Below are positions 1 to 11,020 of a stretch of 64,000 nt of DNA, piece after piece. Location: the NCBI GenBank assembly GCA_963666055.2, contig CAXWPH010000006.1:288001-352000 (forward strand), in the 5' to 3' direction. The notes below the pieces were generated by a model that was not told the origin of the DNA, searched no databases, and was given only the letters and a program-made list of their open reading frames with translations. This stretch comes from Acidobacteriota bacterium (GTDB taxonomy: Bacteria > Acidobacteriota > UBA890 > WLXD01). The stretch's first letter is position 1, and each line of letters opens with the position of its first letter. The position numbers were made by a program, and so were the translations under genes.

Positions 1-133
1 CGAGAGCGACGAAGAACTGTCGAACAACCTCCTTATTGGCGGTCGTGAGGTCAGGAGACGGGAGTTCGCATCCGACTGAGATGATGGTTAGGAGAAGGAC
101 GAGGCGACCCGCCCTACGCAGTTGATCTGACAT
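1..133 (-). CDS. SnoaL/ester-cyclase-like lipoprotein, N-terminal part (runs off window)
   Basis: Manual translation from ATG at 133 (GGAGG RBS upstream): MSDQLRRAGRLVLLLTIISVGCELPSPDLTTANKEVVRQFFVAL; lipobox-like SVGC and the NKxVVRxF start typical of SnoaL folds. Confidence 0.6.
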   Translation of the reverse strand, partial: MSDQLRRAGRLVLLLTIISVGCELPSPDLTTANKEVVRQFFVAL

Positions 134-357
134 GATGCCCTCCCCAGTTGGGCGTTGGAGATGGCTCAGCATTGCCCGAGTCCGCCCGTTACATGAACTT
201 GCGTCGACGGAAGGCGGAGACCCTCTCGTAGTCTCGCCCTCGGTGAGATTTCTAAGCCGTGCAAAAGGCCGGCGCGGGCGACCCTTTGCGCGAATTAGAC
301 CGATCTAGGGCGAGGAGATCCCGGCAGCACGCGGCCGATCGCGCCTGTTCGTCGGCA

Positions 358-861
358 CTATTCTCTCAAAATGTTCAAGAGCGTCTCGTCGAACGTCATC
401 ACGCGCCACGCCGCGATTTTCCAACCACCGCCATTCCGCGCGACGACTATGGTCGTTTCCTCCTCGAAACTGCCGGTGTCCATGATCGTAAGCCCAGCCA
501 CCTCGACGATCGCTGCATCAGGCGAAATGAAGCGAACGCTTTCGATCGTTCCTTCGTAGCCTTGGAATCCAGGCATGCCTCCGAAGTCTTCTTCGAGACT
601 GCGAAGCCCATCGTGCGTCGAGGCCCTCGAAAGTCCAGCGATCCAACCGTCTCCATCAGGCATGAAGGTGGCGGCTACGCTTGCGGCGTCACGCGCGGTC
701 GATGCCGCGAAGTTCGTTTGCAATAGCGAGCGGATCGCGGCTTCGTCAGCTGTGCGATCCAATGAGTCTGTCTTCGCCGTATCGGTAGGCTCGCTGCAAG
801 CGCTTAGAAGAAGCACGACGAATAGACCAACAACCGTCTTCGCCGATATGTGCAGGTTCAT
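358..861 (-). CDS. NTF2/SnoaL-like (DUF4440/SgcJ-type) lipoprotein
   Basis: Lipobox LSAC; DEAAIRSL helix, VRFISPDAAIV and terminal GGWKIAAW typical of NTF2-like folds; AGGAG RBS. Confidence 0.75.
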   Translation of the reverse strand: MNLHISAKTVVGLFVVLLLSACSEPTDTAKTDSLDRTADEAAIRSLLQTNFAASTARDAASVAATFMPDGDGWIAGLSRASTHDGLRSLEEDFGGMPGFQGYEGTIESVRFISPDAAIVEVAGLTIMDTGSFEEETTIVVARNGGGWKIAAWRVMTFDETLLNILRE

Positions 862-907
862 TCAACTTCTCCTTGTACATGGCGCGGCTCGCGAGACTCA
901 GCTAGCG

Positions 908-3619
908 CTACGGGTCCGTCGGCACGAGCCGGTTCAACTCTGCCGCCCAGTTCAACGAGACGATGAGCTTGGTGAGGTCGGGGCGCTGGAGAGTCAACAT
1001 AACGAACCGGGTGTCTCCAACCACGAAGTGCGGGCCGGCAGGAACGATGTCGAACTGGGAATCGAAGTCGCCGGTAAAGAGTTCTCTGGGCGCACTCCGC
1101 CGTCGGAAGGTCGGTTCGAGCGCCACGGCAACAGACATCATCGTCGAGCCGCGAAGGTAGAAGAGCTCGTCGCCAGCGGGCGACCATCGTGGAGAGCTGT
1201 CGCCGCCGGAGGACAATAGTTCTCCGTTGCTGGAACGGTCGATCGGTTTGACGTAGACCTCGTTCTGACCCGATTCGTCGGAGACCTAAGCCACATACTG
1301 CCCATCGGGCGAAAAGCTTCCATCAAACTCATTTGCCGGGGTCGCCGCGAAGCTCTGAGCATCGCCGTCGCCCTCCAAGGACCACAGATAGAGGTCCCGG
1401 CCGGTGACCGGGTGGCGTTCGCGGAACAGGAGATAGTCCTGCGACACGCCGGTTGGATACTGGCTGTAGGGCCGACTCAGCACGAGATCGATGCCGCTCC
1501 CGTCCGGCAGCATCCGATAGATAACGAACGGGTCGCTCGCGTCGGTGAAGCTCCCGAAGAAGAGGTGCAACCCGTCGGTCGTCCAGAACGGTTGGATGGA
1601 AACTGATCGATCGCCGCGGGTCAGGCGTCGCTCGGAGCCTGTTTCCAGGTCGCGTACCCAAACGTCGCCAGAGGGTCTGTCAGAACGGTTCGTCACGGCC
1701 AGCCGCGTGCCATCCGGCGACACGGCTGGCAGATAACCGTACTTGCGGGGACGATCGCCGGGCAGGGGCGCGACGTTGCCTTGCCTGTCCACCAGGACGA
1801 TACGGTTTTGTTCGAAAGCGCTTTCGCTGGCGAAGTGAACCAGGCTTCCCGAAGCCGACACGGCGAATATGCCGAGGTTCAAACCGGCGTCCCATCCGGT
1901 GAGTACGTCATCGACAAACGGCATGATGGCTGCGGTCAGCTCTCCGGCCGCCGGGTCGAACGGGGCCATCGCCAAGCCGCCGGAGCGGAAGAAAACCAGG
2001 TGGCCGCTGTCCAGATAATGCGGCTGCGCGGAACCTTCCGTACCGGGGAGAACGCCCACCACCCCATCCGGAGAGAGCACCGCAAGCTCGCCTCCCTCGC
2101 CGGTCACGACGGTGAACACGATGCCGCCCCCGGGAAGCACGGACGGCCAGCCATGGTATTGCTCGAGCCGGCCCACATCCGGGCGGGTGATCTGGACCGG
2201 CTCGCCTCCGGCAACCACCCGCTGCAGCCCGGTGTTGTCGCCCCCGAACACGACGGTATCGTCGGCCTCCCATGTCACCCCTCGAGGGCGTGCCGTCATG
2301 TCGGCGATCTTCTCCGGCCGCCCGCCCTCTAGGCGCACTTTCTGCAATTCACCGCCGGCCCAAAACCCCAGCCAGTCGCCCTCCGAGGAGAAGAACGGCA
2401 ACTCTGCACCCTCGGTCCCGGGGACCTGCCGCACTTCCAAGCCGTCGATGTTACGGAGCCAGAGGTGGACGGGCTCGTCGCCGATGGCCGCGGCGTAGGC
2501 GAGCAGAGTTCCATCCTCGGAGACGGCCATCGGCGGATACGGCAACCAAGGTCCCTCCCCGTTCAGCGCCATGAAGCGGCCGTCGTTTGGTGGCTCGAAA
2601 AGCCAGCGAGACGGCTGAGGCGCTGAGGATTCCCTGGTTTCGATCAAGCTCCATACGGCGAATCCCGAAAGGATCGCGGCGATGACGCCGGTCGCGACCA
2701 GGGCAGGCACAAACGGGCGCTCAGGCGTCGAAGCGACGTGCAGATCGACACCGGCATCTAGGCCGACAAGTCCGTCGAGGATCTCGAGACGAGCATCGGC
2801 AACGTGGTGGAGTCGGAGCCTCGGGTCCTTGTCGAGGCATCTGGTAAGCAGTCGGCGCACGGCGCCCGGTGTATCCGCAGGTAGCGCCCCGAGATCGGGA
2901 TCGGCCCTGAGGATCGCCGCCAGCGTATCGGACACCGTCTCTCCGCCGAATGCCCTTCGTCCCGTCAGTATTTCGTACAACACGCAGCCGAACGACCAGA
3001 TGTCGCTCCGCTTATCGACCGGAGTACCCCGTGCCTGCTCGGGGCTCATGTAGGGGGCCGTGCCCATGATCACGCCGGTGCCTGTGGCGGCCATCATCGT
3101 CGGCGAGTGGCTCAGGTCGGACGACGGCTCACTGCCTTCCACTTCGTAGGCTTTAGCCAGCCCGAAGTCGAGCACCTTGACGGTGCCATCGGGTGTGACC
3201 TGGACGTTGGCGGGCTTCAGGTCGCGATGGATGACACTGGCCTCATGCGCGGCTTCAAGCGCCAGCGCGATCTGACGAGCGATCTCCAGCGCCTCATCGA
3301 TCTTGATGCGACCGGAAGCTTCGATCCGATCGGCAAGGCTCTGCCCCTCTACCAGCTCCATGGCGATGAAGCGCACACCATCCGATTCCTCGAAGCCGAA
3401 GATCGTGGCGATGTTGGGATGATTCAGCGAGGCGAGCAGCTTGGCTTCGCGCTCGAAGCGCGCCAGTCGACCAGCGTCGCTGGCGAAGTCCTCCGGCAGC
3501 ACCTTGATGGCGACATCACGATCCAGACTGGAATCGCGGGCGCGATACACCTCGCCCATTCCGCCTGCTCCGAGGCGGTCGAGGATCTCGTAGTGGCCTA
3601 GTCGCTTGCCGGGTTCCAT
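908..3619 (-). pseudogene. Ser/Thr protein kinase with TM helix and TolB/PD40 beta-propeller (kinase 1); in-frame TAG at 1286-1288
   Basis: [34 protein letters not shown]; ORFs 1286..3682 and 908..1216 share one frame and align to the paralog across the stop (YVA*VSDE vs YLAYVSDE); likely start MEPGKRLG at 3619. Confidence 0.9.
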
Positions 3620-3653
3620 GGCGCTCCCGAAGTAGGGCGGGTTGAGCGCATGA

Positions 3654-3682
3654 AGCCTATCGCCAGACCGGGCAAGATCCAA
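3654..3682 (-). promoter_or_regulatory. sigma70-like promoter of the kinase leader element (copy A)
   Basis: TTGGAT-17 bp-TAGGCT, 35 bp upstream of the kinase 1 ATG; boxes conserved across copies while the spacer varies. Confidence 0.6.
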
Positions 3683-3873
3683 CGCGGCCGGCGCGTCTCA
3701 GCGCCCCGCTAACGTCCGCGGTGCGTGCGGGCACCCGAGTTCCCGCGAGGCTATCGGCGGCCCGTAGCGGCGGATCTGGAGCCATGTAAGCAGATATTTG
3801 ACTGGTGTCCGTCCTGGCATCCGGGACGAGCGGAATCGGAGGCGCCGGGTGGCTCGCAAGAGGCGGCTAGGCG

Positions 3874-6549
3874 CTACGGGTCCGTCGGCACGAGCCGGTT
3901 CAGCTCGGCCGCCCAGTTCAACTTGACGATGAGCTGCGTGAGCTCCGGTTGCGCAAACGTTAGCATCATGAACCTTGTGTCGCCTTCCACGAAATGCGGG
4001 CCAGCGGGGATGACTTCGAATCGGGAGTCAAAGTCCTCGGTGAACAGCTCGATAGGCGGCCCTTGCTGACGGAAGGCCGGTTCGAGCTCGACACTTACCG
4101 CCATCATGGTCGAGCCACGCACATAGAAGAGCTCGTCACCGGCGGGCGACCATCGCGGTGAAACCCCGCCGTCGGGCGACAACGGTTCCCCCTTGCCGGA
4201 ACCTTCGACCGGCTTGACGTAGACCTCATCCCGGCCCGTTTCGTCGGAGACGTAAGCAAGGTATTTCCCATCGGGGGAAAAACTGGGATCGAACTCGTTC
4301 GCCGGCGTCGTGGCGACGCCAACGGGCTCGCTGCCCCCGTCCAATGCCCACAAATAGATGTCGTAGCCGGTGACGGGATGGCGTTCCGTGAAGACGAGAT
4401 AGTCCCGTGAAATCCCCCGCGCAAACTGGTCGTGCGGTCGACTAAGCATGAGCTCTTGGTCGCTGCCGTCCGGCCGCATCCGATAGATGTCGAACCCATT
4501 GCTGTCGCTGAATCCTGACGAAAAAAACAGGCGGGCCGCGTCGGTCGTCCACACAGGCCGGATAGACGCGGTTCCGAATCCCGGCGTCAGGACGTTCCAG
4601 GCACCCGTATCCAGGTTGCCCGACCACACTTGGCTCGACATGCCCTCCCCACGGTCCGAGATCGCCAGCACGGTACCGGCCGACGAGACGACGGGCCGAG
4701 CGGTATATTTCCCGGCTCGATTGCCCGGCAGGGCTTCGGCTGCGCCCTGCCGATCCACGACCACGATCCGGTTCTGTTCGAAGGCGTTGTCGCCGGCGAA
4801 GTGGACCAGATTTCCGCTGTCCGAAAGGGCGAAAATGCCGAGATCCGCTCCGGCAACCCAACCGGTGAGCACGTCGTCGACGACCGGTATCACGGCCCCG
4901 GTCAGCTCGCCGGCGACAGGATCGAACGACGCTGCCGCCAGCCCACCGGACCGAAAGAAGACCAAGTGGCCGCTGTCGAGATAGTGCGGCTGGGCGGCGC
5001 CGTCGGTCCCGGGCAGATTGTTCACGGTGCCATCGGGAAAAAGCACGGCAAGCCTACCTCCTGCGACCGTAAACACGATGCCGCCTCCGGGAAGGACGTG
5101 CGGATTCTCGACACGCAGGGGATTCAGCAAGGCCGGTGGCGCCCCGTCGGCGAGGCGCCACAGGCCGTCTTGGCTCCCCAACAGGATCGCACCGTCGTCT
5201 GTCCACGCCGCCCCTCGAAGGGGTTGAGGGAAGTCGGCGATCCTCTCCGGCCGACCGGCGTCGACGCGCACCTGCAGCACTACACCATCGGCCCAGAAAA
5301 CCAGCCGTTCACCATCCGGGGAGAAAAACGGCTGCCCGGCCCCCTCCGTCCCGGGCACGGAACGCACGTCCAGGCTGTCCATGTCACGGAGCCAAAGGCG
5401 GACGGGTTCTTCACCGACGGCAGCGGCGTAGGCGAGCAGGTTTCCGTCCGGCGACAGAGCGACCGGCGGATACGGCAGCCACGGGCCGGCCCCGCCCAGC
5501 GTGGTGAACCGCGCCCCGTCCGGCGGCTCGAAGATCCAGCGGGACGGTTGGGACGCCGGATTCGGGGAACCTCCGATCAAGCTCCACACTGCCACTCCCG
5601 AGAGCACCGCCGCCACGATTGCCGTCGCGACGAGAGCGGGAACGAGCCGAGGCAAGCCCGCGGCCGCGGCGGGCGGGTCGAATCCGACATCCGCCCCGGC
5701 AAGTCCGTCGAGGACCTCCAGGCGTGCATCGCCGGCGTCGCGCAGCCGCAGGCTAGGGTCCTTTTCGAGACACCGAGACAACAACCGTCTTACGGCGGCC
5801 GGCGTGTTCGCCGGCAGCGCCCCGAGATCTGGCTCGTCTTTGAGGATCGCCGCCAGGGTGTCGCCCACCGTCTCGCCGTCGAAGGCGCGCCTACCGGTGA
5901 GCATCTCGTACAGCACGCAGCCGAACGACCAGATGTCGCTACGTTTATCGACTGACTGACCCCGCGCCTGTTCTGGGCTCATGTAGGGGGCGGTGCCCAT
6001 GATTACGCCGGTGCCCGTGGCCGCCATCATCGTGGGCGAATGACTCAGGTCGGACGACGGCTCGCTGCCTTGTGCTTCGTAGGCTTTGGCCAACCCGAAG
6101 TCGAGCACCTTGACGGTGCCATCGGGTGTGACCTGGACGTTGGCGGGCTTCAGGTCGCGATGGATGACACTGGCCTCATGCGCGGCTTCAAGCGCCAGCG
6201 CGATCTGACGAGCGATCTCCAGCGCCTCATCGATCTTGATGCGACCGGAAGCTTCGATCCGATCGGCAAGGCTCTGCCCCTCTACCAGCTCCATGGCGAT
6301 GAAGCGCACACCATCCGATTCCTCGAAGCCGAAGATCGTGGCGATGTTGGGATGATTCAGCGATGCGAGCAGCTTGGCTTCGCGCTCGAAGCGCGCCAGT
6401 CGACCAGCGTCGCTGGCGAAGTCCTCCGGCAGCACCTTGATGGCGACATCACGATCCAGCTTCGTGTCGCGTGCGCGGTACACCTGCCCCATCCCGCCTG
6501 CACCGAGCGGGGACAGGATCTCGTAGTGGCCGAGCGTCTTGCCGATCAC
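3874..6549 (-). CDS. Ser/Thr protein kinase with TM helix and TolB/PD40 beta-propeller (kinase 2)
   Basis: Complete Hanks kinase motifs, TM helix, xSPDG repeats, C-terminal LNWAAELNRLVPTDP; GTG start 1 bp after the kinase 3 stop. Confidence 0.93.
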   Translation of the reverse strand: MIGKTLGHYEILSPLGAGGMGQVYRARDTKLDRDVAIKVLPEDFASDAGRLARFEREAKLLASLNHPNIATIFGFEESDGVRFIAMELVEGQSLADRIEASGRIKIDEALEIARQIALALEAAHEASVIHRDLKPANVQVTPDGTVKVLDFGLAKAYEAQGSEPSSDLSHSPTMMAATGTGVIMGTAPYMSPEQARGQSVDKRSDIWSFGCVLYEMLTGRRAFDGETVGDTLAAILKDEPDLGALPANTPAAVRRLLSRCLEKDPSLRLRDAGDARLEVLDGLAGADVGFDPPAAAAGLPRLVPALVATAIVAAVLSGVAVWSLIGGSPNPASQPSRWIFEPPDGARFTTLGGAGPWLPYPPVALSPDGNLLAYAAAVGEEPVRLWLRDMDSLDVRSVPGTEGAGQPFFSPDGERLVFWADGVVLQVRVDAGRPERIADFPQPLRGAAWTDDGAILLGSQDGLWRLADGAPPALLNPLRVENPHVLPGGGIVFTVAGGRLAVLFPDGTVNNLPGTDGAAQPHYLDSGHLVFFRSGGLAAASFDPVAGELTGAVIPVVDDVLTGWVAGADLGIFALSDSGNLVHFAGDNAFEQNRIVVVDRQGAAEALPGNRAGKYTARPVVSSAGTVLAISDRGEGMSSQVWSGNLDTGAWNVLTPGFGTASIRPVWTTDAARLFFSSGFSDSNGFDIYRMRPDGSDQELMLSRPHDQFARGISRDYLVFTERHPVTGYDIYLWALDGGSEPVGVATTPANEFDPSFSPDGKYLAYVSDETGRDEVYVKPVEGSGKGEPLSPDGGVSPRWSPAGDELFYVRGSTMMAVSVELEPAFRQQGPPIELFTEDFDSRFEVIPAGPHFVEGDTRFMMLTFAQPELTQLIVKLNWAAELNRLVPTDP

Positions 6550-6550
6550 G

Positions 6551-9267
6551 TCAAGGGCCTACAGGTACCCGACGCTTCAATTCATCGAAGAAGTTTGTGA
6601 TCACCACCAATTCGGTGATGGGCCGATCTAGATACGGGTTCTCAAGCACCAGGAATTGCTCGCCGTCGCTTGAGAGCTCCCACGAGTAACCCCACACGTT
6701 AATGTACGGCCCCTTTAGCACCAGGGTCGGTGTCCCAAGCCGCAATTGCGGCTCATCCATGAACGACACTGCGTACCATTCCATGCCGAACCGGTAGATG
6801 ATCTCGCTGCCGTCTGGGCTCCAGCGAGGGGCCTCCCCGCCGGCCGGTGAAACACGCCGCACCGTGGTCGTCTCCGGATAGCTGACCACGTAAATCTCCC
6901 ATAGGCCGTTAACATCCGAACTGTAAGCAAGCCACCGGCCGTTCGGAGAAAGCGCTGCGAAAATTTCCTGCGCAGGCGAATCACGCACCGGCACACGCTC
7001 GCTCACACGGACCGCCGAGCCATCATCTGCGTACGGAGCGAAGTAGAGGTCTTGGCCGGCCTGGTAGATTAGCCCGTCGTCGAGCGCCACCCACGGCCCG
7101 GCGTTCTCCACCGCCGGGACCACCTCGGGTGTTGTCTGTGTAGCGTCACCGACGTCAAGTCGATGGACGGGGGAGCCTCCCTCCGGAGTTGTTCTTCTGA
7201 AGAGAAGCGCGTCGCCGTCGGGGGTCCATATCGGCCTGCTGTCTAAGTGTCCGCTGGTCAGCAAGCGAGGAACCCCTCGATCCACATCGACGAGCGCGAT
7301 TTGTGATTGTCCTCGGCCCATTAGCTGGTATGCCAGCGACGAGCCGTCCGGCGACAACGCGAACTGACCGTAGCGGGCGGGCGGAAGTCCGAGCGGGCTT
7401 CGGCGGCCTTCTCGATCCACCCAGATGAACTCGCTGATGCTGAGATCGACCCCGGGCGCGTATACCAACGTCCCGGTCTCGGAGAAGGTAGCTTGCATGG
7501 TGCCAAAGAACAGCTCGCTGAGAACGTCGTCGAAGATCACCACCGGGTCGCCGGTTACCTCTTCGTTACCGGATGCTAGCGGGGCCGCGAGAAGGTTGCC
7601 GTCCATCCCGTAGACGAGATGGCCGGTCGGTGCGTAGAGCGGCATGATCCCCGATTCCACGAGCATGGTGGGCTGCTCAGGGGTGTCTACGCTCGCGGTC
7701 AAGATCGATGAGCGATCGAAGCTATGCGCGCTAAAGAACAGCCTGGTCGCTCCCGGAAGCAAGGTGGGCCAGGCGTGTTGGAAGACGTCGCCGGCGGGTG
7801 TCGTGATTTCATCTACGGGCCCTCCCCCCGATGACACACGATCAACGCCCTGGCCCTCGGTCGGCACGAAGTAGATGTTACCGTCGGTGCCCCAGGAGGC
7901 ACCCCATCCCGTTATTACGTCGGTGAGCGGCTGCGGCTCCCCCCTCTCGACTCCGACGGTCTTGAGCGCGCCCTCGGCGAAGAATCCCAACCGTTCTCCG
8001 TCCGGTGAAAAGAAGGGGCCTTGGGCGTCCTGTGTGCCCGGTAGTGATCGGGTTTCTCCGGTTTGCATATCGTGCAACCAAAGCTCTCGGCGGCCCTCAT
8101 CGACCAGCGCCACGTAGGCGAGGTGCCTCCCGTCTCTCGACAGCGCGAGCGAAACACGGCTAATTCCCAGATGAAACGAGCCCGGCGGCGCAAGTGGTGC
8201 TTCGGTTGGTAAGACGATGCTGGAGCGAACCATCGGCCGCAGCGGATCCGGATCGGCGCTTGGCCACGAAACTAGAATGGCGACCGCAGCGGTCACGAAG
8301 CCGATCGCGGCAAGGGCCCAAGGGAGCATACGCGTCCCTGCGGCTGCCCGCACAGGATCGGTTGCCTCCGCTGCGGCGTCGTGTACAGAGAATGCCGTAC
8401 CTGACTCCACCTCAACGGCCAACGCCTTCAGGTCCACTACGAGATCGCCGGCACCCTGGTAGCGACCGCCAGGTTCCTTCGCCAGGCACTTCTTGGCTAT
8501 CCACCCGAGATGTAACGGCAGGTCGGGGTTCACATCGGTAATCGGTTCTGGCTCTCGATTGACGATTCGATCGAGCGTTTGGATGACGTTCTTGCCGGTA
8601 AATGCCCTCCGACCGCTGACCATCTCGTACAGCACGCAGCCGAAGGCAAACAGGTCTGCCCGATGGTCGATCTTGTCGGAGCCCTCAACCTGCTCCGGGG
8701 CCATGTAGCCGGCAGTACCCATCACCTGACCAGCAACCGTCCCCATCATCGTCGGTGACTGCGTTGCACCGCCCGGCGAGCCTGCCCCCGCCACCTCGGT
8801 GAGCTTCGCCAGGCCGAAGTCCAGCACCTTGGCGTGGCCCTCCTTGGTGACGAAGATGTTCTCCGGCTTCAGATCCCGGTGGATGATGCCGGCGGCGTGA
8901 GCAGCAGCCAGCGCCTCGGCGATCTCGGTGGCTAATCCGAGCGCCTTCTTGAGCGGCAGCGCACCCTTGCCCAGCGGCTCCCGAAGTGTGTCTCCCTCCA
9001 GGTACTCCTGCACCATGAAGTGGGTGTCGCCTTCGGTGCCGATATCGTGAACGACCGCGATGTGCGGGTGGTTCAGCGCGGCGGCAGCGCGGGCCTCCTG
9101 CTCGAAGCGGCCAGGCGCTCGGGGTCAGAGGCGAACTCGGCGGGCAGCACCTTGATGGCTACCTTGCGACCCAGGCGGGTGTCCTGGGCCAGGTACACCT
9201 CTCCCATGCCGCCCGCACCGAGCTGCTCGGTGATCTCGTAGGGGCCTAGTTTGGTGCCGGGTTCCAT
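6551..9267 (-). pseudogene. Ser/Thr protein kinase with beta-propeller (kinase 3), 1-bp frameshift near 9110
   Basis: 9073..9267 encodes [11 protein letters not shown]...ERLA; restoring one C gives [24 protein letters not shown], joining ORF 6551..9016 ([14 protein letters not shown]). May be a sequencing error. Confidence 0.88.
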
Positions 9268-9300
9268 AGCGCTGCCAGAGCGGGGTGGGTGAGCGCCTGC

Positions 9301-9330
9301 AGACTATCGCTGGGGCACGCGAGGGTCCAC
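9301..9330 (-). promoter_or_regulatory. kinase leader promoter (copy B, diverged)
   Basis: GTGGAC-18 bp-TAGTCT followed by the conserved caggcgctcacccaccc...ATGGAACCCGG leader. Confidence 0.45.
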
Positions 9331-9364
9331 GGGAGAGGCCATTTCGCTAGGCTCGCCTGAGCGC

Positions 9365-9408
9365 GCTACGGGTCCGTCGGCACGAGCCGCTTCAGCTCGT
9401 CGAACCAG
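9365..9408 (-). repeat. orphan kinase 3'-end copy (WFDELKRLVPTDP*)
   Basis: 44-bp direct repeat of 10501..10544 (2 mismatches); core gctacgggtccgtcggcacgagcc is also at 907 and 3873. Confidence 0.9.
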
Positions 9409-9424
9409 CGAGCCCACCTGGCGC

Positions 9425-10336
9425 TCAGAAGAAAACGGCAGCTTCGCTCGCCTTCTCGACGAGTGCCTCAACGTACTCGATCAATCCGGCACGTCGGCGC
9501 AGAAACAGCGACACCTGCCCTGACTCCAGAAGCCCCTGGAACATCTCGCCCACCGTCTCCTCATCCAGCGCGAGCAAGCGTTCCCAAACTCGCTGATTCA
9601 CCTTGTTGACCCGTTCGACCCGGAACGGTTTGGCTTTCTCCTGAAACGCCCGCGTATGATCGATAAGCCACAGCTTGGACGACTCGTCAACCATGAAATT
9701 GCCTGAATTCCGATCGATGTTGTAGAGGAGGCTGTCGAAGAAAATCATCGTCCACGTCTGTTTGATCCAGGCGTAGGCGCCGCTCTCAGGCCGGAACGTT
9801 GCCGCGCTTTCTGACCGCAGCCCTTCGACCCAGAGCTGCACGCTCCCGTCGACACCGCCGATTGGGCGTAAGACCGCGGGCGGGACGGCGTCCATTCCCA
9901 ACCACTTCGCCAGCGTATAGGCGGCGACTTCGCCGATGTAGCTGTCGCGGTAGACGAAGAAGTGTTCGCCCTCTAACCGGAGGTTGCGTTTCACGACATC
10001 GACGTTGCGGAACCCCGCACGGGCTCGGACGCCGTCTTTCTCCAGCACCAACCGGTCGATTCCGTTGATCCCAATGTCCAGGTGCTCGCTTTCGATGACC
10101 TCCGCGGTGAGCAGGAACTCCTCGACGGCGGCGTTGCCGGAGAAGGGCAGCAGGCTCCCATCGGGTCCGAGGTATCGAAGGGGAGAATCCTGCGGGCCGG
10201 GCTGCGGCGTCGCGGGCGGCGGCCGCAGCCCGTTGAGTCCTGTCTCGGCGGCCGCTCCTGGTACGGGAAGAGTGACGACCAGTGCCGAACTGAGAATCAG
10301 AACGGAACCTCCGACAATCAGCCTTCGAGCGCGCAT
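9425..10336 (-). CDS. secreted atypical kinase-like protein (PI3/4-kinase/HipA-like fold)
   Basis: Signal peptide from MRARRLIVGG (AGGAG upstream); EVAAY, VPP, GSVQLW and DRNSGNFMVD...LWLIDHTRAF catalytic-loop-like motifs. Confidence 0.65.
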   Translation of the reverse strand: MRARRLIVGGSVLILSSALVVTLPVPGAAAETGLNGLRPPPATPQPGPQDSPLRYLGPDGSLLPFSGNAAVEEFLLTAEVIESEHLDIGINGIDRLVLEKDGVRARAGFRNVDVVKRNLRLEGEHFFVYRDSYIGEVAAYTLAKWLGMDAVPPAVLRPIGGVDGSVQLWVEGLRSESAATFRPESGAYAWIKQTWTMIFFDSLLYNIDRNSGNFMVDESSKLWLIDHTRAFQEKAKPFRVERVNKVNQRVWERLLALDEETVGEMFQGLLESGQVSLFLRRRAGLIEYVEALVEKASEAAVFF

Positions 10337-10501
10337 CGCTGGGGAGTCTCCTGTGTGCTTTCCGCTGGCACATCCACCCACGTCGGAGAAAACCGAATCA
10401 CCCGCTCTTGTCTGGGGCGTCGCGCCAATTTCGAGGACTATTACCTTGCAGTCGCGCTCAGGCAATCCGCCGGCGCCCTCAACTCATCTGTTCTGATCAC
10501 G

Positions 10502-10790
10502 CTACGGGTCCGTCGGCACGAGCCGCTTCAACTCCTCGAACCAGTTGAGTACGAGGTTGAGCCGCGTCGCATCCGATTCCTCGTGGCTCGGCTTGATGAT
10601 CAGGAAGCGGCCGTCGGGTGCCACGTCGTAGGAAACAGCCAAGCTGTCGACGAAATTCGTCTCGAACAGCAAGGTTACGTTTTGGTACGAGAGGTCGTGG
10701 TCGGGCTGGGCGAACGCCGTGGCGATTATGTGCCCGGCGCGGCGACCGAGCATGAAGCGGAAGAAACCCTCAGCTGCTTCGTCGAGGTAG
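10502..10790 (-). pseudogene. C-terminal remnant of a kinase/propeller gene
   Basis: YDVAPDGRFLIIK...LNLVLNWFEELKRLVPTDP matches the C-termini of kinases 1-3; no kinase domain upstream. Confidence 0.8.
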
Positions 10791-11020
10791 CGGGCAAATG
10801 CCAGTGAAGAGCTGGTACGAATCCCGCTGGTCGTCAAATGGCCGGCTGGCCGCGGCTCCCGTCAGATGAAACGGTGGCTACGTCGCCAGGGGATGTGTGA
10901 AGCGGTCTTCAACGATCGGAGGCAGCCCAACAGGATGTCTGAGGCGGCCTCTGGAGATTGGGAGTGGGCCCGACACAATGTCTGAGGTGATCTCTTACGA
11001 TCCGCGGGGAGCCCGGCGAC

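Noticed and set aside
4630-5955. Long antisense ORFs (also 17516-18733, 19318-20292, 61943-63115 and many others)
   Set aside because: Shadow frames of real genes in high-GC DNA, with no recognisable motifs.
9365-10790. Orphan kinase C-termini as DGR template/variable repeats
   Set aside because: No reverse transcriptase in the window, and the differences between copies (C/G, C/T on the coding strand) are not adenine-specific.
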